Origin: a bacterium
GTDB taxonomy: Bacteria > UBP18 > UBA7526
DNA: 38,512 bases
Assembly (NCBI GenBank): GCA_030615855.1
Contig: JAUWYL010000009.1
Coordinates: 1 to 38,512, forward strand
Direction: 5' to 3'
The translations under genes were made by a program, and so were the position numbers. The notes below the pieces were generated by a model that saw nothing but the letters and a program-made list of their open reading frames with translations, was not told the DNA's origin and made no database searches. Positions 35,680 through 38,512 of this stretch are shown piece after piece. The first letter of the stretch is position 1. Each line of letters starts with the position of its first letter.

Positions 35680-35765
35680 CACTGATTAGCACTGATTCTA
35701 TTATACGGATTAGCACTGATTTAATCTGTGCTCATCTGTCTCTTTCAATCCGTGCTCATCCGTGC
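35680..35765. repeat. Empty CACTGAT/ATCCGTG inverted array; overlaps the ilvC stop
   Basis: Four left and four right units. Confidence 0.88.
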
Positions 35766-36754
35766 TTTTTTATGAAGGGCATCATGCTGCGTAGTTCCTT
35801 GCCCACCTTCTCTATTAAGTGCTTCTTCTCCCTCTCTCTCAGTTCATTGAACTTCGGGCACCCCTTTTCATTCTCAGCGATCCATTCCTTAGCAAAGGAG
35901 CCGTCTTTAACTTCAGATAGTATCTTCTTCATCTCGTCTCGAACTGCCTGAGTAATGACTCTCTTTCCTCTGGTAAGATCGCCATATTCTGCGGTATCCG
36001 AGACGGAGTATCTCATCCAAGTAATTCCTCCTTCATAGATGAGGTCGGTGATGAGTTTTAGCTCATGTAAACATTCGAAGTAGGCGATCTCTGGCTGGTA
36101 TCCTGCTTCAACTAAGGTGTCGAAGGCAGATTTAATGAGCTCGCTTACTCCTCCACAGAGGATGACCTGCTCCCCGAAGAGGTCGGTCTCTGTCTCCTCA
36201 GTGAAGGTGGTCTCGATTACTCCCGCCCGGGTGCAACCGATCCCCTTAGCATAGGCCAAGGCGATATCCTTCGCCTTTCCCGTATAATCCTGCTCCACAG
36301 CAACCAGGGCTGGGGTCCCTTTCCCTTCAGTAAACATTCTTCTCACTAAATGGCCTGGCCCCTTGGGAGCAATCATGAAGACATCGATATTCTTGGGAGG
36401 AACGATCTCTTTGAACCTAATATTGAAGCCATGGGAAAAGGCCAAAGCATTCCCTTCCTTTAAATGGGGTTCAATATCCTTCTTATATACCTTACCTTGA
36501 GCGGTATCTGGTATCAGAATCTGGATGATATCTGCCTCCTTCGCTGCTTGAGCACAAGGAACTGGCTTAAAGCCATGTTTTGCTGCCAGTTGATAATTAT
36601 CTGTTCCTTCCACTTCACTCACTATGACATCGAGTCCTGAATCCCTCAGGTTTTGGGCCTGGGCATGACCCTGTGAACCATAGCCAATGATGGCGATTCT
36701 TTTCCTTTTCAAGAGATCCAAATTAGCATCCTTCTCATAATAGACTTTTGCCAT
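35756..36754 (-). CDS. ilvC: Ketol-acid reductoisomerase
   Basis: GYGSQG, APKGPGH and [10 protein letters not shown] motifs. Start moved to ATG 36754. Confidence 0.97.
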   Translation of the reverse strand: MAKVYYEKDANLDLLKRKRIAIIGYGSQGHAQAQNLRDSGLDVIVSEVEGTDNYQLAAKHGFKPVPCAQAAKEADIIQILIPDTAQGKVYKKDIEPHLKEGNALAFSHGFNIRFKEIVPPKNIDVFMIAPKGPGHLVRRMFTEGKGTPALVAVEQDYTGKAKDIALAYAKGIGCTRAGVIETTFTEETETDLFGEQVILCGGVSELIKSAFDTLVEAGYQPEIAYFECLHELKLITDLIYEGGITWMRYSVSDTAEYGDLTRGKRVITQAVRDEMKKILSEVKDGSFAKEWIAENEKGCPKFNELREREKKHLIEKVGKELRSMMPFIKKHG

Positions 36755-36777
36755 TCCATACCTCCCTTCGGTCGATG

Positions 36778-36815
36778 CACTGATTAGCACCGATTACTAC
36801 GGATTAGCACTGATT
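36778..36815. repeat. CACTGAT-type arm (x4) downstream of the second GxxExxY gene
   Basis: cactgattag caccgatta ctacggattag cactgatt. Confidence 0.88.
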
Positions 36816-37200
36816 AGCCATAAATTTTTCGTTTTACTTCCAGTCTTCTGGCTCCGAAGTTTGCTAATAGAACCAGTCTATATTTGGAGCCCCTAACATA
36901 GTAATAAATCTGATCCAGCATTGTTTTTGCTATGGCAGGAACCGCTTTTATCTCAAGGATTACTTTATCATCTATGATGAAATCAGGTTTATAGATACCT
37001 ACTGTTTCTCCCCGATAGGTTACTTTAAGTACCTTTTCTGTTTTAAATGGTATTTTTAGATGTTTAAGTTCAATGGCTATAGCATTATGGTAGACTGTTT
37101 CCTTATGCACCGGACCTAATGCTTTATGAATCTCATACAAGGCCCCTCTTATTTTATATGTCAAACCTTCATATAATAGTTGTCGTTTTTCTGTGCTCAT
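36814..37200 (-). CDS. GxxExxY protein (PD-(D/E)xK nuclease superfamily)
   Basis: GPVHKETVY and PDFIIDDKVILEIK motifs; paralog of 3261-3626. Confidence 0.9.
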   Translation of the reverse strand: MSTEKRQLLYEGLTYKIRGALYEIHKALGPVHKETVYHNAIAIELKHLKIPFKTEKVLKVTYRGETVGIYKPDFIIDDKVILEIKAVPAIAKTMLDQIYYYVRGSKYRLVLLANFGARRLEVKRKIYG

Positions 37201-37228
37201 CCGTTACTCAATCCGTGCTAATCCGTGT
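37190..37228. repeat. ATCCGTG-type arm (x4) upstream of the second GxxExxY gene; contains its ATG
   Basis: tctgtgctc atccgttactca atccgtgcta atccgtgt. Confidence 0.88.
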
Positions 37229-37232
37229 CTAT

Positions 37233-37715
37233 TTATTTGCTGCCCTTAGGCAGGGCGATCTTGCCCGTGCGACTCAAGGTCTTTATGCCAAAGGGTCTTA
37301 AGAGATCTAAAATAGTTTGGATCCTATCCTCTTCTCCCACGATTTCGATGGTTATCGTCTTCTCTCCCACGTCAGCGATCCTGGCCTCGGGAAAGTTATT
37401 GACGACCTGCAGGATCTGGGGTTTGGTTCCCTTTGTTAGCGCGATCTTGACCAATAATAGCTCTCTTGCGATGGGCTTCTCCCCCACGAAGTCAGCGATT
37501 TTGATGACATCGATTAGTTTATGGAGCTGCTTCGTCACCTGTTCTAAGACCCGGTCATCTCCCTCCACAACTAAGGTCATTCTTGAAGTATCCGGGTTCT
37601 CTGTCTCCCCCACTGCCAGAGAATTGATATTGAATCCCCTTGCGCTGAATAGCCCAGAGATCCTTGCCAGAACCCCCGGTTTATTCTCTACCAAAACATT
37701 AATGATATGCTTCAT
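37233..37715 (-). CDS. ilvN: Acetolactate synthase small (regulatory) subunit
   Basis: VENKPGVLARISGLFSARGFNI and SRTG motifs. Confidence 0.95.
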   Translation of the reverse strand: MKHIINVLVENKPGVLARISGLFSARGFNINSLAVGETENPDTSRMTLVVEGDDRVLEQVTKQLHKLIDVIKIADFVGEKPIARELLLVKIALTKGTKPQILQVVNNFPEARIADVGEKTITIEIVGEEDRIQTILDLLRPFGIKTLSRTGKIALPKGSK

Positions 37716-37729
37716 TCTTCACCTCCGGT

Positions 37730-37787
37730 GCACGGATAATCACTGATTCTTTACGGATGGTCACGGATTTAATCCGTGCTCATCTGT
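37730..37787. repeat. Empty CACGGAT/ATCCGTG inverted array
   Basis: Near-identical to 32551-32598. Confidence 0.9.
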
Positions 37788-37790
37788 TAT

Positions 37791-38512
37791 TTAAGCGAGG
37801 CCGCGGAGCATCTCAGTGAGAGGTGCTCCACCAGGAACCATGGGAAAGACATTCGCCTCTGGATCGACGATAAAGTCTAAGACTACTGGCTTATTGATGG
37901 AGATCGCTTTCTTCAGGGCAGGAACAACCTCTTTATCCTTCTCCACCCTGATTCCCACTGCTCCATAGGCCTCGGCTACTTTGACAAAGTCCGGATTTCC
38001 ACTCAAATCAACGGCAGAGTATCTCCTCTTATAGAAGAGTTCCTGCCACTGTCTGACCAGACCCAAATAGCCATTATCCAAAATAGCCACCTTTACCGGT
38101 ATCTTATTATGGACACAGGTAGCCAGTTCCTGAATGTTCATTTGAAAACTTCCATCCCCAGCAATATCGAAGACGACCTTCTTTGGACAACCCACCTTGG
38201 CCCCGATGCTCGCGGGAAAGCCATAGCCCATGGTGCCCAGTCCACCAGAGGATAGGAAGGTCCGGGGCTTGGTATACTGATAATACTGGGCAGCCCACAT
38301 CTGGTTCTGACCCACCTCAGTAGCGATAATGGCCTCACCCTCAGTCACCTCATAGATTTTCTCCACAACGTATTGAGGCTTCAGCTTTCCGCCCTTTGTA
38401 TAGGTCAGGGGATGGTTGTTCTTCCACTGCGCAATCTGCTTTAACCAGGCAGATATCTTGGGTTTAGTGACGATCTTGTTGAGTTCTCTTAAGACGTTCT
38501 TCACATCCCCCA
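37791..38512 (-). CDS. ilvB: Acetolactate synthase large subunit, C-terminal part (5' end outside window)
   Basis: EVGQNQMW, SGGLGTMGYG, GDGSFQMN and VRQWQ motifs. Confidence 0.95.
   Translation of the reverse strand, partial: GDVKNVLRELNKIVTKPKISAWLKQIAQWKNNHPLTYTKGGKLKPQYVVEKIYEVTEGEAIIATEVGQNQMWAAQYYQYTKPRTFLSSGGLGTMGYGFPASIGAKVGCPKKVVFDIAGDGSFQMNIQELATCVHNKIPVKVAILDNGYLGLVRQWQELFYKRRYSAVDLSGNPDFVKVAEAYGAVGIRVEKDKEVVPALKKAISINKPVVLDFIVDPEANVFPMVPGGAPLTEMLRGLA

Noticed and set aside
3190-36790. ORF-track N-terminal extensions of dapB, argB, rplM, NUDIX, leuA and ilvC
   Set aside because: They read through repeat arms or promoter regions; downstream ATGs match the family N-termini and mostly have good RBSs.
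1006-37746. All plus-strand ORFs in the track
   Set aside because: They are antisense shadows of well-supported minus-strand genes and have no recognisable motifs.
1126-38338. Short alternative-frame minus-strand ORFs (1126, 13285, 30548, 33090, 38107, 38138)
   Set aside because: They overlap established genes out of frame and have no independent support.

Overview
Bacterial chromosome segment with every real gene on the minus strand. The backbone is a long amino-acid biosynthesis and housekeeping cluster. In transcription order it reads ilvB-ilvN-ilvC-leuA-leuC-leuD-leuB-NUDIX-asd, truA, nfeD-SPFH, rplM-rpsI-argC-argJ-gltX-tRNA-Gln...tRNA-Glu, htpX-lemA, argB-argD-argF-argG-argH-lysA-dapA-dapB-folB-folK, then a peptide ABC substrate-binding lipoprotein. 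The backbone is densely colonised by small repetitive elements. (1) Inverted arrays of ~10-nt CACGGAT/ATCCGTG repeats occur either empty or enclosing a GxxExxY PD-(D/E)xK nuclease gene, with an analogous 8-mer array around a four-helix-bundle gene. (2) Palindromic elements of 30-36 bp and 7/8-mer arrays sit in frame inside dapA, lysA, argG, argJ, truA, asd and leuC. (3) ~108-bp MITEs are present, two of them exactly at start codons, which they rebuild as GTG. (4) A 157-bp multi-hairpin repeat lies on both sides of truA. (5) Between tRNA-Gln and tRNA-Glu lie a canonical 59-bp-attC integron cassette inserted at the G/TT of a degenerate tRNA T-arm copy, a probable second (HEPN) cassette, and a PIN gene bracketed by a tRNA-Glu 5'-half duplication; no integrase is present in the window. 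An accessory DUF2089/SHOCT-like operon lies between asd and truA. All calls are by eye, without database searches.
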